Assembly: GCA_037445065.1 (NCBI GenBank)
Contig: JBBILD010000021.1
Location: 1 to 59,492 of the forward strand
From: Myxococcales bacterium
GTDB lineage: Bacteria > Desulfobacterota > Binatia > HRBIN30
Direction: 5' to 3'
DNA length: 59,492 nt
Shown here piece by piece: positions 8,583 through 19,487 of this stretch. The position numbers and the translations under genes are program-made. How positions within the stretch are numbered: the stretch's first letter is position 1; every line of letters starts with the position of its first letter. The notes below the pieces were generated by a model that saw nothing but the letters and a program-made list of their open reading frames with translations, was not told the DNA's origin and did not search any database.

Positions 8583-9885
8583 GCTCTTGGGAGAAATCGC
8601 GATCGCTGCTTAGCCGCGCCTGCAAAGCGGTTTGCCGCACAGCGCCGAGTAAGAACAACGAGCCAGTCACCACCACCGCTTCCTCCGGACCGCAAGCAGC
8701 CAGCACAGCGCGGAAGGCGCGGAGCGGGTCTTCCTCCACCCGCACGGGCGCGTACTGTGCCCAAGCCGGAACCAGCATCTGGGGCCGAGCGGCGCGCCGG
8801 ATCTGCGGAGCAGTCAAAGTCACCGTTGTACAGAGCGGTCCCAACTCGGGAGCCATCGCCTGCCAGTCCTTGTCCGCCATGACCCCGAACAACAGGTGTA
8901 CTCTTCCCGCTAAGCCTCGCCGACGGATCTCGTCCGCGAGACAACGCACGCCGGGAAGATTGTGAGCCCCATCCAAGATTACCAGTGGCGATTCGCACAC
9001 GACCTCCCAGCGACCCGGCCAGCATAGTTGTTGCAAACCCCGAACGACCGCACCTTCGTGCGGCCGCAACGCCTCTGGCAGGCAGCGCAGTGCAGAGACC
9101 GCCACGGCGGCGTTGTCGCACTGGTGCAAGCCGCGCAAGGCAAGCGCTCCGACCTGCACTTCTCCAGCACGATCGCGAAACACCCAATCCGAGTCGCTCC
9201 CCGTCCACGAGAAATCCCTGCCAAGCCAGCGACTGGGTGCCCCTCGTTCCGCTGCCGCTGCTTCGATGACCGCAGCCGGGCCCGGATCCACGCGTCCCAC
9301 CACGACCGGTTTGCCCGGCTTGATGATCCCCGCTTTCTCGGCCGCAATGCTCTCCAACGTGCTGCCCAAGAATTCCTGGTGGTCAAGGCCAATGGAGGTG
9401 ATGACGGACACGGCCGGATCGACCACATTGGTTGCATCGAGCCGGCCCCCTAGGCCCACCTCCACCACCGCGGCCTCTACCTCTCGCTCTACGAAGTACA
9501 GGAAGGCAAGCACGGTGGTGAACTCGAAAAACGTGAGTTCAATCCCACGCACGGTAGAGGCCCGATGCACCACGGCCGCCAGTCGCACGACCTCGGCTGG
9601 TGAAATCTCCTCTCCCGCGACGCGGATTCGTTCCGAGAAGCGCACGAGATGGGGGGAGGTGTAGAGCCCGGTGCGAACCCCATGGAAACGTAGAGCTGCC
9701 TCCACCATGGCCGCCACCGATCCCTTGCCGTTGGTGCCAGCAATGTGCACCACCGGGTACCGGCGATGCGGCTGGCCACATTCCTCAAGCACCAGTTCGA
9801 TGCGCTCGAGCTTGAAATCCATCCCCCGCCGCGCCTCGAGCGCATAGAGCCAATCGAGAAGTCGTTCGTATTCCGCGAACGCCAC
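8569..9885 (-). CDS. folC: Dihydrofolate/folylpolyglutamate synthase
   Basis: HIAGTNGKGS, YTSPHL, EVGLGGRLDATN, LDGAHN, GSLFL. Confidence 0.97.
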   Translation of the reverse strand: MAFAEYERLLDWLYALEARRGMDFKLERIELVLEECGQPHRRYPVVHIAGTNGKGSVAAMVEAALRFHGVRTGLYTSPHLVRFSERIRVAGEEISPAEVVRLAAVVHRASTVRGIELTFFEFTTVLAFLYFVEREVEAAVVEVGLGGRLDATNVVDPAVSVITSIGLDHQEFLGSTLESIAAEKAGIIKPGKPVVVGRVDPGPAAVIEAAAAERGAPSRWLGRDFSWTGSDSDWVFRDRAGEVQVGALALRGLHQCDNAAVAVSALRCLPEALRPHEGAVVRGLQQLCWPGRWEVVCESPLVILDGAHNLPGVRCLADEIRRRGLAGRVHLLFGVMADKDWQAMAPELGPLCTTVTLTAPQIRRAARPQMLVPAWAQYAPVRVEEDPLRAFRAVLAACGPEEAVVVTGSLFLLGAVRQTALQARLSSDRDFSQERAVD

Positions 9886-9891
9886 GCCTCC

Positions 9892-10758
9892 TCATCCTTC
9901 CGCGCAACTGGCCCAGCGCCCTCGGGACGCGCCCGCCACTGCTGTTTTGAGCGAACGCACGAACTCCCCCACTACTTGCTCCAAGTCGGCGCGGTCGCGG
10001 TGCTGATCCACCAGGCGCATGAGCGCACTGCCCACGACCACCGCGTCAGCGAATTCCGCCACCGCTGCCGCCTGCTCGGTGGTCGCGATCCCAAAGCCCA
10101 CGCCTACAGGCAGGTCGGTCTCGGCACGCAGCCGCTGCACCACTGGTCGCACTTCGGCCGGCTGGATCGGCTTGGCACCGGTGACACCGGTGACCGAGAC
10201 GTAGTAAATGAACCCCGCTGCCCGCGACAGCACAAGCTGAACCCGGTCCGGGCCACTGGTAGGCGCGAGCAAGCAAACAAAGTGAATGCCCGCAGGCTCG
10301 GTGCACTGCAACAGCTCATCGGCCTCTTCCGGAGGCAGGTCCACCACCAAAATGCCGTCCACCCCGGCGGCAGCCGCATCGCGCGCAAACGCCGCTGGCC
10401 CGTAATGAAAAATTGGATTGTAGTATCCGTACAACACAATCGGCGTGTGCGAGATGCGCCGGAACTCTGCTACCACGTCGAACGCCACGGGAAGGGTAGC
10501 TCCGCTTTGCAGCCCGATGTGCAGGGAGCGCTGCAACACGGGACCATCAGCGGTGGGATCGGAAAACGGCACCCCGAGTTCGATCAGATCCGCTCCCGCC
10601 TCGTCCACTACGCGCAGCAGGCGCCTGGTGGCATCCACACTCGGATCACCAAGGGTCAGGAACGGGACAAACGCTGCTTCTCCCTGTTCGCGCAAGCGCG
10701 CAAACACTCGGTCAATTCGATTGTCCCGCTGCTCGGGATGGCGCCGCCGACGGCTCAC
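9892..10758 (-). CDS. trpA: Tryptophan synthase alpha chain
   Basis: [38 protein letters not shown]. Confidence 0.98.
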   Translation of the reverse strand: MSRRRRHPEQRDNRIDRVFARLREQGEAAFVPFLTLGDPSVDATRRLLRVVDEAGADLIELGVPFSDPTADGPVLQRSLHIGLQSGATLPVAFDVVAEFRRISHTPIVLYGYYNPIFHYGPAAFARDAAAAGVDGILVVDLPPEEADELLQCTEPAGIHFVCLLAPTSGPDRVQLVLSRAAGFIYYVSVTGVTGAKPIQPAEVRPVVQRLRAETDLPVGVGFGIATTEQAAAVAEFADAVVVGSALMRLVDQHRDRADLEQVVGEFVRSLKTAVAGASRGRWASCAEG

Positions 10759-11948
10759 AACTGCACTCCGAACGCGGAGGCTACCGTGTTCATATCCTTG
10801 TCGCCTCTGCCAGAAAGATTCACCACGATGATTTGTTCCGGACCCAGCCGACGCGCAAGATCGGCTGCGTACGCGACTGCGTGCGCGCTCTCCAAGGCGG
10901 GGATGATCCCTTCGGTTTGCGAGAGCAGTTGGAAGCCTTCCAGAGCTTGATCGTCGGTCACCGCCACGTACTGCGCGCGCCCGGTGCTGTGCAGGTAGGC
11001 GTGTTCAGGACCCACCCCCGGGTAGTCGAGTCCTGCCGAGATCGAATGAGCCGGGCGAACCTGGCCGGTTTCGTCCTGCAAGATAAAGGTCTTCTTTCCA
11101 TGCAACACCCCGATCGAGCCAGCACTGATCGAGGCGGCGTGCTGGCCGGAGGCCAGCCCTCTACCGCCGCCTTCGACGCCGACCAGGCGCACGCTAGCGT
11201 CGTCTAGGAAGGGATAGAACATCCCCATGGCGTTACTGCCCCCGCCCACACACGCCACCAGGTAGTCCGGCAATCGCCCTTCGCGCTGCAGAATCTGCCG
11301 CCTCGTCTCGCGGCCAATGACCGACTGAAAGTCGCGCACCATCATTGGGTAGGGATGCGCGGACATGGTGGACCCAACGAGGTAGTACGTGGTTTCTACG
11401 TTTGTCACCCAGTCCCGCAAGGCTTCATTGATGGCGTCCTTCAACGTCGCGCTACCAGAGGAAACGGGATGCACCTGTGCCCCAAGAAGCTTCATGCGGA
11501 ACACGTTCAACGACTGGCGGCGCACATCTTCGCTTCCCATGAACACTTCGCAGCGGATGCCAAACAGCGCTGCCACGGTGGCAGTGGCCACCCCGTGCTG
11601 GCCCGCTCCGGTCTCCGCGATGATGCGGCTTTTCCCCATGCGCCGCGCCAGCAGGGCTTGGCCCAAGGCGTTGTTGATCTTGTGCGAGCCGGTGTGGCAC
11701 AGGTCCTCGCGCTTCAAGTAGATCTTCGCGCCGCCCAAGTGACGCGTGAGGCGCTCGGCGAAATACAGCGGCGTCTCTCGACCCGCGTAGTCCCGCAAGT
11801 ACGCACCCAGCTCTCGGCGGAATCCAGGATCGCGCCGGATGCGCCGGTATGCGGCCTCGAGCTCGAGCAACGCTGGCATGAGAGTTTCGGCCACATAGCG
11901 CCCTCCAAAGACGCCGAAGTGCCCGCGTCGGTCAGGCAGTCTTTGCAT
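10755..11948 (-). CDS. trpB: Tryptophan synthase beta chain
   Basis: [46 protein letters not shown]. Confidence 0.99.
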   Translation of the reverse strand: MQRLPDRRGHFGVFGGRYVAETLMPALLELEAAYRRIRRDPGFRRELGAYLRDYAGRETPLYFAERLTRHLGGAKIYLKREDLCHTGSHKINNALGQALLARRMGKSRIIAETGAGQHGVATATVAALFGIRCEVFMGSEDVRRQSLNVFRMKLLGAQVHPVSSGSATLKDAINEALRDWVTNVETTYYLVGSTMSAHPYPMMVRDFQSVIGRETRRQILQREGRLPDYLVACVGGGSNAMGMFYPFLDDASVRLVGVEGGGRGLASGQHAASISAGSIGVLHGKKTFILQDETGQVRPAHSISAGLDYPGVGPEHAYLHSTGRAQYVAVTDDQALEGFQLLSQTEGIIPALESAHAVAYAADLARRLGPEQIIVVNLSGRGDKDMNTVASAFGVQL

Positions 11949-12540
11949 GTTCTACGAACCTCCGCATCAATTCCCGGTCCTTTTTGCCTGGCGCCCGTTC
12001 CACACCGCTGGCCACGTCCACCGCAAACGGGCGAACGCAGCGAATCGCCTGCCGCACGTTGTCCGGGTTCAAGCCACCCGCCAAAATCAGGGGGAGCGGC
12101 CAGCTCTGGTCGCGCAGCTTCTCCCATGCAAGCGTCTGCCCAGTGCCTCCATACGCACCCTCTTGGTAGCGATCCACCAAGATGTAACGAGCCGGAAAGT
12201 CCTCCCATGAGGGCAGTCGCTCTCCCGCGATGCGTACAGTCCGGATCACCGGAAGCGGAAAGTCTCGCCACTCCCAGGCTTGCTCGTCACCGTGCAACTG
12301 CACCATCTGCAAGCCGGTTGTTGCGGCGATCTTTCTTACCTCGGCAGAGGGCTGGTTGACGAACACCCCGACCACCTCCACCCTCGGCACCACTGCTTGC
12401 ACGATACGCGCGGCAACATCCACCGCCACCCCCCGCTTGCTCACGGAAGCGAAATTGAGACCGATCCAGTCGGCACCGGCATCTGCCGCCGCACAAGCAT
12501 CCTCGACTGAAGTGATTCCGCAAATTTTCACCTTCACCAT
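11932..12540 (-). CDS. trpF: Phosphoribosylanthranilate isomerase
   Basis: [30 protein letters not shown]. Confidence 0.97.
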   Translation of the reverse strand: MVKVKICGITSVEDACAAADAGADWIGLNFASVSKRGVAVDVAARIVQAVVPRVEVVGVFVNQPSAEVRKIAATTGLQMVQLHGDEQAWEWRDFPLPVIRTVRIAGERLPSWEDFPARYILVDRYQEGAYGGTGQTLAWEKLRDQSWPLPLILAGGLNPDNVRQAIRCVRPFAVDVASGVERAPGKKDRELMRRFVEHAKTA

Positions 12541-13334
12541 GGTCCCTCGGGGGTGGAGCTCGGCTCTGCGGCGAGCAATTCAGCAAGCTTGGTACCCGGG
12601 TCTGGGCTGCGCATGAGACTTTCCCCGACCAAGAAGACGTGGATTCCAGCCCGCTCCAAGCGCGCAATATCGGCTGCGCTCTCGATACCGCTTTCCGCAA
12701 CCGCCCGTACGCCGCTCGGCAGGTTTGCCGCCAAGCGCTCGCTCACCGCGAGCGAGGTCACGAACGTATCTAGATTGCGGTTGTTGATGCCGATCAAGCG
12801 GGCGCCGCTCTCTACGGCGCGGGCTAACTCTGCCTCATCGTGAACTTCGACCAGCGCCGCCATCCCCAAACTCTCTGCAAGTTCCCGCAGTCCGTGCAGA
12901 GCAGCATCGTCCAGCATCCGAACAATCAGCAGTACGGCATCGGCACCGTAGGCGCGTGCTTCGTGGATCTGGTAGTCGTCGAACAAGAAGTCCTTGCGCA
13001 GCAAGGGTACGTGCACCGCGCTACGGATGGAGCGCAAGTGCTCGAGGTCACCCTGAAAAAAGCGCCCTTCCGTGAGCACAGACAAGGCTGCGGCACCGTG
13101 CCGTACATAGCTGGCAGCAATCCACACGGGATCGAAGTCCGTGCGAATCACTCCCTTCGATGGAGACGCGCGCTTGATCTCGGCAATGATCGCGCGCGGG
13201 CGGTTCAGAGCCGCCAGGAAATCGCGCCGCGATTCATTGTATAGAGGCCGCGCTTGCAGCTCGCACAAGGGGTGTTGCCGCTTGCGTTCTTGCAGCTCCT
13301 CGCGCTTGTGTTCGACAATGCGCTGCAGGATCAT
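12534..13334 (-). CDS. trpC: Indole-3-glycerol phosphate synthase
   Basis: IAEIKRASPSKG, LLRKDF, GINNRNL, AESGI, LVGESLM. Start ATG 13334 overlaps the trpD stop (ATGA). Confidence 0.97.
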   Translation of the reverse strand: MILQRIVEHKREELQERKRQHPLCELQARPLYNESRRDFLAALNRPRAIIAEIKRASPSKGVIRTDFDPVWIAASYVRHGAAALSVLTEGRFFQGDLEHLRSIRSAVHVPLLRKDFLFDDYQIHEARAYGADAVLLIVRMLDDAALHGLRELAESLGMAALVEVHDEAELARAVESGARLIGINNRNLDTFVTSLAVSERLAANLPSGVRAVAESGIESAADIARLERAGIHVFLVGESLMRSPDPGTKLAELLAAEPSSTPEGPW

Positions 13335-14344
13335 GCACGACTCCACTCGGCCACTTGCTCGAGTTTCTCCCATGCCCGGCCCGAGGCGAGCACGGCGCGC
13401 GCCAGGTGGATTCCCTCGGCCAGCGATGCCACTCGGTCCGCCGCGTACAGCGCAGCTCCGGCGTTCAGAACCGTAAAGTCCGCGCACGCTCCTGGTTCCC
13501 CGCGCAGCACACTCTTCATCTGGGTCGCCGCCTGTTCGAGACCGCCGCAGACAACCGCGGCCAACGGTTGCCTGGAGATCCCGAAGTCCTCGGGCTGGAC
13601 TTCGTATTCGACAAGCTCCCCACCACGCCACTCGGCGACGCGGGTCGCGTCGGAGAGAGAAATTTCGTCCAGACCGTCCCGGCTATGCACGACCAACACG
13701 TGCTGCGCCCCCAAACGTGCGAGCACTTCCGCCACCGGCCGCAACCAAGTGGGAGCGAACACCCCCACCAACTGGTGCTCCGCTCCAGCTGGGTTGGAAA
13801 GCGGTCCGATGAGGTTGAAGATCGTGCGCACGCCAATCTCGCGTCGCACCGGTGCGACGTGGCGCATCGCCGGGTGGAAACGCGGAGCGAACAAGAAACC
13901 AAAGCCCAGCACCTCGATGCAATCGCGCACGCGTTCCGGAGGCAAATCAACACACATCCCGAGGGCCTCCAACACATCCGCGCTTCCCACCGAACCCGAG
14001 GCGGATCGGTTGCCATGCTTCGCCACCCGTACCCCCGCGGCAGCGGCAACTAGGGCGGCAGCCGTGGAAACATTGAATGTGCAGCGGCGGTCTCCCCCCG
14101 TGCCGCACGTGTCCAACAGGGGCCCAGCGACCCGCACCGTGCAGGCATGCGCTCGGACCGCCCGCACCGCACCCGCCAACTCCTCCGCCGTCTCTCCCTT
14201 CATACGCCAGGCAACGAGCGCGGCGGCGATTTGCGCCGGCGTCAAGCCACCCTTGATCATTGCGGAGAGAAGCTGCTCGGCCCCCTCTTCGCCCAGCGAG
14301 TGGCCCTCGACCAGTTCGGAGATCACCTGGGGGGCCCGGATCAT
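13331..14344 (-). CDS. trpD: Anthranilate phosphoribosyltransferase
   Basis: [39 protein letters not shown]. Confidence 0.98.
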   Translation of the reverse strand: MIRAPQVISELVEGHSLGEEGAEQLLSAMIKGGLTPAQIAAALVAWRMKGETAEELAGAVRAVRAHACTVRVAGPLLDTCGTGGDRRCTFNVSTAAALVAAAAGVRVAKHGNRSASGSVGSADVLEALGMCVDLPPERVRDCIEVLGFGFLFAPRFHPAMRHVAPVRREIGVRTIFNLIGPLSNPAGAEHQLVGVFAPTWLRPVAEVLARLGAQHVLVVHSRDGLDEISLSDATRVAEWRGGELVEYEVQPEDFGISRQPLAAVVCGGLEQAATQMKSVLRGEPGACADFTVLNAGAALYAADRVASLAEGIHLARAVLASGRAWEKLEQVAEWSRA

Positions 14345-14925
14345 CGCAGTACGCTTTCCTCCGAAAGCGCGAGGAAGTTACGCAAGAGGTCCTTGCCCAC
14401 ATCGGTGAGGATGGACTCGGGGTGAAATTGCACGCCCTCCACCATGAGGTGCCGATGGCGCAACCCCATGATCTCTCCCTCCTCGGTCCAGGCGCTCACT
14501 TCCAAACACTCGGGCAGCGTGTCGCGGTCCACCAACAACGAGTGGTAGCGCGTGGCACGAAACGGCTGCGGCAAGTCACGGTAGAGCGTACGGCCATCGT
14601 GGAAGATGGGCGAGGTCTTGCCGTGCATGAGCCGCGCGGCGCGCACCACCTTACCGCCGAAGGCAACGGCCAAGCTTTGGTGGCCGAGACACACTCCCAG
14701 AATCGGAATCTGACCGGCAAATCGGCGGATCACCTCTACCGAGATACCCGCTTCTGCCGGTGTGCAAGGCCCGGGCGAGATGACGATTTGTGCTGGGTGC
14801 AAGGCTGCGATCTCGTCCACCGTCATGGCATCGTTGCGCACCACCTGCACTTCTGCGCCCAGCTCGCCAAAGTACTGCACGAGGTTGTAGGTGAAGGAGT
14901 CGTAGTTATCGATCATCAACAACAT
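14341..14925 (-). CDS. trpG: Anthranilate synthase component II (glutamine amidotransferase)
   Basis: [33 protein letters not shown]. Confidence 0.96.
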   Translation of the reverse strand: MLLMIDNYDSFTYNLVQYFGELGAEVQVVRNDAMTVDEIAALHPAQIVISPGPCTPAEAGISVEVIRRFAGQIPILGVCLGHQSLAVAFGGKVVRAARLMHGKTSPIFHDGRTLYRDLPQPFRATRYHSLLVDRDTLPECLEVSAWTEEGEIMGLRHRHLMVEGVQFHPESILTDVGKDLLRNFLALSEESVLR

Positions 14926-14937
14926 GAGATGAAAAAC

Positions 14938-16422
14938 TTAATGGCCAGCTAGACCTGCCGCCAGCCGAACGGCGTGCAGGGCAGCGCGGGCCTTGTTGAT
15001 GCATTCGCCGTGCTCACGCTCTGGGATCGAATCCGCCACCACTCCTGCCCCCGCCTGCACGAAGTAGCGGCCGTCCTTCACCACGATGGTACGGATCGCG
15101 ATGCACGTGTCCATGTCGCCAGAAAAGGCAAAGTAGCCGACCGCCCCGCCATACACACCGCGGCGAGAGGGTTCGAGTTCGTCAATGATTTCCATGGCGC
15201 GAATTTTGGGGGCACCCGTGAGAGTCCCGGCTGGGAAGGTCGCTTGGAAGGCGTCGAACGCATCCAAATCGCGGCGCAGGAGCCCCCGGACGTTGGAAAC
15301 CAGATGCATAACGTGGGAGTATCGTTCGACCACCATGCACTCGGTCACTCGAACCGAACCGATCTCCGCGACCCGACCCACATCATTGCGGCCGAGGTCA
15401 ACGAGCATGATATGCTCGGCAACCTCCTTGGCGTCTTGCCGCAGCTCGTTCTCCAAGGTGAGGTCGGACGCCTCGTCCGTGCCGCGCGGGCGCGTGCCGG
15501 CGATCGGCCGCACGGTAATTTCGCGCCCTTCCAAGTGGCACATGACCTCAGGAGAGGAGCCAGCCAACGTCACCTCGCCAGCGCGCAAGAAAAACATGTA
15601 CGGAGCTGGGTTCACTTTGCGCAAGCAGCGGTACACGTGAAACGGCTCCGTGCGCAGGTCACCGTCGAAGCGCTGGGCAAGCACGACCTGAATGATGTCG
15701 CCGGCGGCAATATACTCCTTGGCTCTACGTACCATTGCCTCGTACTGATCTTGGGTGAGGTTGGCGTGCGGCAACTCGAAGTGAGTCGCCGACTGCAGCT
15801 CGCTCGGTGCCCGCACCGTACGCCGCAGCCGTTCGACCATCCCTTCGAGGCGCGCCAGAGCTTGGTCATAAGCAGCGCGCAAGCTCTTACCGTCGCCAAC
15901 ACGAGCGTGAGTCACAGCGGTCACCGTATGGCGGGCATTATCGAAAACCAGAAAGGAGTCCATCAGCATCAGGTAGAGGTCGGGAACCTGCAAATCGTCG
16001 GCGGGGCCACCCGGAAGCCGCTCGAAGCGGCGTACCAAATCGTAGGCTAAGTAGCCCACCCAACCACCGTTGAAGCGAGGTAAAAACGGCACCGCCGGGA
16101 CTTGGTACTGTAACAAAATCCGGCGCGCCTCATGCAGGGGGTTCTGGCTTTCAACAACGGTGGGCTCGCCGCTACGTGTGCGAACCTCCGCTCGCTTCCC
16201 TTTGGCGGTGAGCACCATCGCGGGCTCCACGCCGAGAAAACTAAAGCGCCCCCAGCGCTCGGGCCCCTCCACGCTTTCGAACAAGAACGCATCCTGCCCC
16301 GTGTCCAATTTCAGAAACGCCGAGACTGGCGTCTCGAGATCGGCCAAAATCTCGCGCGCAACTGGGATGGTATTTCCCTGTTCTGCAAGTGCACAAAAGG
16401 TCGCAAAATCGGGCTGGATCAT
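14938..16422 (-). CDS. trpE: Anthranilate synthase component I
   Basis: LFESVEG, NPAPYM, SSPE, PIAGTRPRG, EHIMLVDLGRND, AGTLTGAPK. Confidence 0.97.
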   Translation of the reverse strand: MIQPDFATFCALAEQGNTIPVAREILADLETPVSAFLKLDTGQDAFLFESVEGPERWGRFSFLGVEPAMVLTAKGKRAEVRTRSGEPTVVESQNPLHEARRILLQYQVPAVPFLPRFNGGWVGYLAYDLVRRFERLPGGPADDLQVPDLYLMLMDSFLVFDNARHTVTAVTHARVGDGKSLRAAYDQALARLEGMVERLRRTVRAPSELQSATHFELPHANLTQDQYEAMVRRAKEYIAAGDIIQVVLAQRFDGDLRTEPFHVYRCLRKVNPAPYMFFLRAGEVTLAGSSPEVMCHLEGREITVRPIAGTRPRGTDEASDLTLENELRQDAKEVAEHIMLVDLGRNDVGRVAEIGSVRVTECMVVERYSHVMHLVSNVRGLLRRDLDAFDAFQATFPAGTLTGAPKIRAMEIIDELEPSRRGVYGGAVGYFAFSGDMDTCIAIRTIVVKDGRYFVQAGAGVVADSIPEREHGECINKARAALHAVRLAAGLAGH

Positions 16423-16434
16423 CAGAGGTTTCCT

Positions 16435-17142
16435 TCACTGAGCGGTCACGAAAGCGCCGCTCATTCCGCCTTCGCTGCGCAGCCGGCGTTGCAACTCTTC
16501 CGCCTTCGCACGGTCGCGGGGGGAAAAACGGCCGACCCGAACCCGATACCACGTGACTCCTTCACGAGTCGGCGCTTGCACCATGTACGCGTCATAGCCC
16601 CGGCTTCGCAGTCTCTGCACCAGAGCCCGTGCTTCGGCCGCGTCGGTGGTTGCAGTGACCTGCACGGTCCAACCGGCGTCGGCCCACTCCTCCGTTTGCG
16701 GCCGTGCCGGCACGCGTACGGTTGGCGTAAAGCGCGGGCGGCTGGTGGCCGTAGGACGCAGCGGTGGGCGCGTCTCCTCCGGCGCTCGGGCGGTTGGCCA
16801 TCCTTGCGGGGACGGAGCCGGGCTCGGCGCGACCGGCAACCGCGGCTCGGCGACGGTTGGAGGTGCGGTGGGCGCCTGAACGATCAGCCGCTCCTCGGCT
16901 TTTTGTTTCAAGCGCTGGTAGAAGGCCACGTCCGCAGCTTCCAGCTGCCCTTCCTCTGGCGTCGGCGTCACGACGGCCAGCGGCACCCGCACCACCGGTT
17001 CTTCTTCTAGAAGCCGGCGTTCCGTAAGATCCCGGCCCACCCACAAGCCGAGGAGAAAAATGACCACCGAGGCGAGACAAAAGCCGAGCAGGAGGATGAA
17101 CACTTGCCCGTACGTCAGGCCTCTCTGGTCCCTACCGCTCAT
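16435..17142 (-). CDS. SPOR-domain membrane protein (FtsN/DedD-like)
   Basis: N-terminal TM, Pro-rich linker, C-terminal WTVQV...WYRVRVG SPOR motif; follows argS. Confidence 0.88.
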   Translation of the reverse strand: MSGRDQRGLTYGQVFILLLGFCLASVVIFLLGLWVGRDLTERRLLEEEPVVRVPLAVVTPTPEEGQLEAADVAFYQRLKQKAEERLIVQAPTAPPTVAEPRLPVAPSPAPSPQGWPTARAPEETRPPLRPTATSRPRFTPTVRVPARPQTEEWADAGWTVQVTATTDAAEARALVQRLRSRGYDAYMVQAPTREGVTWYRVRVGRFSPRDRAKAEELQRRLRSEGGMSGAFVTAQ

Positions 17143-17148
17143 CCCTCG

Positions 17149-18798
17149 TTACATCTCCTCGGGAGCACTTACGCCGAGTAGCGTGAGTCCTTTACGAACC
17201 ACCTGGCCCGCCGCCCACGCCAAGTAAAGGCGGGCAAGACTCAGCGCGCGATCCTCGCTCAGGACACGATGCCGGTTGTAAAACCGGTGAAAATCCGCCG
17301 CCAAGTCAATGAGGTAAAATACCACTCGGTGCGGTTCGCATTGGCGTACGGCGTCCTCGACCACGTCCGGATAGGTTGCGAGTCGTTTGATCACCGCCAC
17401 CTCTTCCTCGGTGACCAAACGATGCAGCGCCGCGTCGCGAGCCGCAGGCACGACCACACCCGCAGCGCTCGCCTGCTTCATCAAGCTGCACACGCGCGCG
17501 TGGGCGTACTGGACGTAAAAAACCGGGTTTTCTGTGGACTGGCGCTTGGCCAACTCGAGGTCGAACTCCAAGTGGCTGTCAGCCTTGCGGGTGAGGAAGA
17601 AAAACCGCACCGCATCGGCCCCCACCTCGTCAATCAGCTCATCCAAAGTCACATACTCAGCCCGGCGCGTGGACATCTTCACTTGCTCCCCGCCCCGGGT
17701 CAGAGTGACGAACTGGTAAATGATGGCACGGACCCGGCCTACGTCGTACCCGAGTGCGCGCAGGGCGGCGCGCACGTCCTCATGCTCCGCAATGTGATCG
17801 GCACCCAAAACATCCACCATCAGATCGAAGCCGCGGGCAAACTTGTTGCGGTGGTACGCGATGTCGGGCAAACGGTAAGCTGGTTCGCCGGTGGACTTCA
17901 CCAGCACCCGATCCTTGTCGAGCCCAACCGCCTCGCCCTTGAGCCACACTGCGCCATCGCGCTCCTCGGCGAGCCCCTTGGCACGCAGATCCGCGAGAGT
18001 TCGCTCGAGCGAGCCGTCCCGGTACAGCGAGTCCTCGTTGAAATACGAATCAAAGCGAATGGCGAGGTGCTGTAACGTTCGTTCGATGTCCTGGAAAATC
18101 GCCCGCTCTGCTGCCTCTTTGAAGAGGCCGGTAGCGGGCTCTGCGCGCAGCGTGTCACCGTGCTCCTCGAGCAAGGCCCGCGCGATGTCGCGGATGTATT
18201 CGCCCTGATAACCTTCGTCTGGAAACTCCACGGACTCACCCAGAAGCTGCAGGTAGCGGGCTTTGACCGACTCGCCGAGCAGCTTCATCTGCCGGCCCGC
18301 GTTGTTGAAGTAGTACTCGCGCGTGACCCGCCAGCCGGCTGCACCGAGCAAGCGCGCGATCGCATCGCCAAGCACAGCATTGCGCCCGTGACCCACAGTG
18401 AGCGGGCCAGTGGGGTTGGCGCTCACAAATTCCACCAGTACGCTCTTGGTTCCCACCTGGTCGGGAGAACCAAAATCCGGCGACTCCACCTCTATCAAGC
18501 AATCGGCCCAAAATCGGTGGGTTAAATACAGATTGATGTACCCGGGTCCAGCCACCTCGATCTTGGCGAACATTCCATCCGGGTTCTCGATGAGCGGCAT
18601 GATCTGTTCCGCCAACTGGCGGGGTGCAACGCGCTCGCTGCGGGCCAACATGAGAGCAGCGGTGCAGGCAAGGTCACCCAGGGCAGGATCCTTCGGAGTC
18701 TCCAAAACCAGCGGATACGGGGGGGCGGTGCGCAGCAGCCCCTCGCGGTGTGCCTTCTCCAAGGCCCGGTACAAAATCGCTTCGACTTTCTTTTTCAT
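17149..18798 (-). CDS. argS: Arginyl-tRNA synthetase
   Basis: AGPGYIN, VEFVSANPTGPLTVGHGR, KMSTR, YVQYAHAR, C-terminal PEEM. Confidence 0.98.
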   Translation of the reverse strand: MKKKVEAILYRALEKAHREGLLRTAPPYPLVLETPKDPALGDLACTAALMLARSERVAPRQLAEQIMPLIENPDGMFAKIEVAGPGYINLYLTHRFWADCLIEVESPDFGSPDQVGTKSVLVEFVSANPTGPLTVGHGRNAVLGDAIARLLGAAGWRVTREYYFNNAGRQMKLLGESVKARYLQLLGESVEFPDEGYQGEYIRDIARALLEEHGDTLRAEPATGLFKEAAERAIFQDIERTLQHLAIRFDSYFNEDSLYRDGSLERTLADLRAKGLAEERDGAVWLKGEAVGLDKDRVLVKSTGEPAYRLPDIAYHRNKFARGFDLMVDVLGADHIAEHEDVRAALRALGYDVGRVRAIIYQFVTLTRGGEQVKMSTRRAEYVTLDELIDEVGADAVRFFFLTRKADSHLEFDLELAKRQSTENPVFYVQYAHARVCSLMKQASAAGVVVPAARDAALHRLVTEEEVAVIKRLATYPDVVEDAVRQCEPHRVVFYLIDLAADFHRFYNRHRVLSEDRALSLARLYLAWAAGQVVRKGLTLLGVSAPEEM

Positions 18799-18865
18799 GC
18801 CACTCGGTTCCCGCTAGCAGCAAGGGGGCGGTGAACTCACCGCGGGACGCGTCAGGATGCCCGCG

Positions 18866-18894
18866 GCTATATGCAGCGCCCCCGCGCGAGTCAA
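18866..18894 (-). promoter_or_regulatory. Putative sigma70 promoter of the argS-SPOR-trp-folC-lptD run
   Basis: Minus strand TTGACT-N17-TATAGC about 65 nt upstream of argS. Confidence 0.6.
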
Positions 18895-18998
18895 GGACAA
18901 CCGCGCCTCCGGTTTCGACGAAGTTGCGTTCGCTGCGCTTCGCTGCTCTGCGGCTGCGAGCCCACCTCTGCCAACGCCGCGTCTCGGGAACGAGCCGT

Positions 18999-19487
18999 TC
19001 AGGCTCCGTCCCGAAGCGGGCCGTCGCCGGCCTCGCGCGACAGAATCAGAGCATGACTGCCCTGCGCATAATAGTTGCGGCGCATCCCGACTTGGTGAAA
19101 CCCGTACGTACGATAGAGCGCGATCGCTGCCGCGTTGTCGTCGCGTACTTCGAGGGTTACCAGCCGCGCCCCCGCTTGAGCCGCAGCCCGCAACACCGTT
19201 TCCAAAAGGTGACGGCCCAGACCTTGCCGCCGGCAGTCGGGATGAACCGCCAGGTTCAGCAAGTGCACTTCGTCGCCCACCAACCACCAGCACACGTAGC
19301 CAGCAATCTGTTCATCCGGGCCGCGCGCCACCAGTGTTGTGGAAAACGGCAGCTTGAGCTCTCGCAAGAACAAGCCCGGCGTCCACGGTTCGGCAAACGA
19401 GCAGCGCTCGATCTCCATGACCGCGTCAAGATCGGCGGGTAACATGGGAGCAAGCTGCCAGCTTTTCGCGCCAACGCTCTTCGCCAT
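18999..19487 (-). CDS. rimI: Ribosomal protein S18 N-acetyltransferase (GNAT)
   Basis: SFAEPW, LNLAVHP..RRQGLG, LEVR..N..AIALY...GF...R.NYY. Start overlaps the fabH stop (TGATG). Confidence 0.9.
   Translation of the reverse strand: MAKSVGAKSWQLAPMLPADLDAVMEIERCSFAEPWTPGLFLRELKLPFSTTLVARGPDEQIAGYVCWWLVGDEVHLLNLAVHPDCRRQGLGRHLLETVLRAAAQAGARLVTLEVRDDNAAAIALYRTYGFHQVGMRRNYYAQGSHALILSREAGDGPLRDGA

Noticed and set aside
13335..13631. Apparent 99-aa N-terminal extension of TrpC
   Set aside because: It overlaps trpD; the true start is ATG 13334, coupled to the trpD stop.
18820..18885. GC-rich hairpin upstream of argS as a tRNA or T-box
   Set aside because: No cloverleaf or T-box motif; it overlaps the predicted promoter and is too short.
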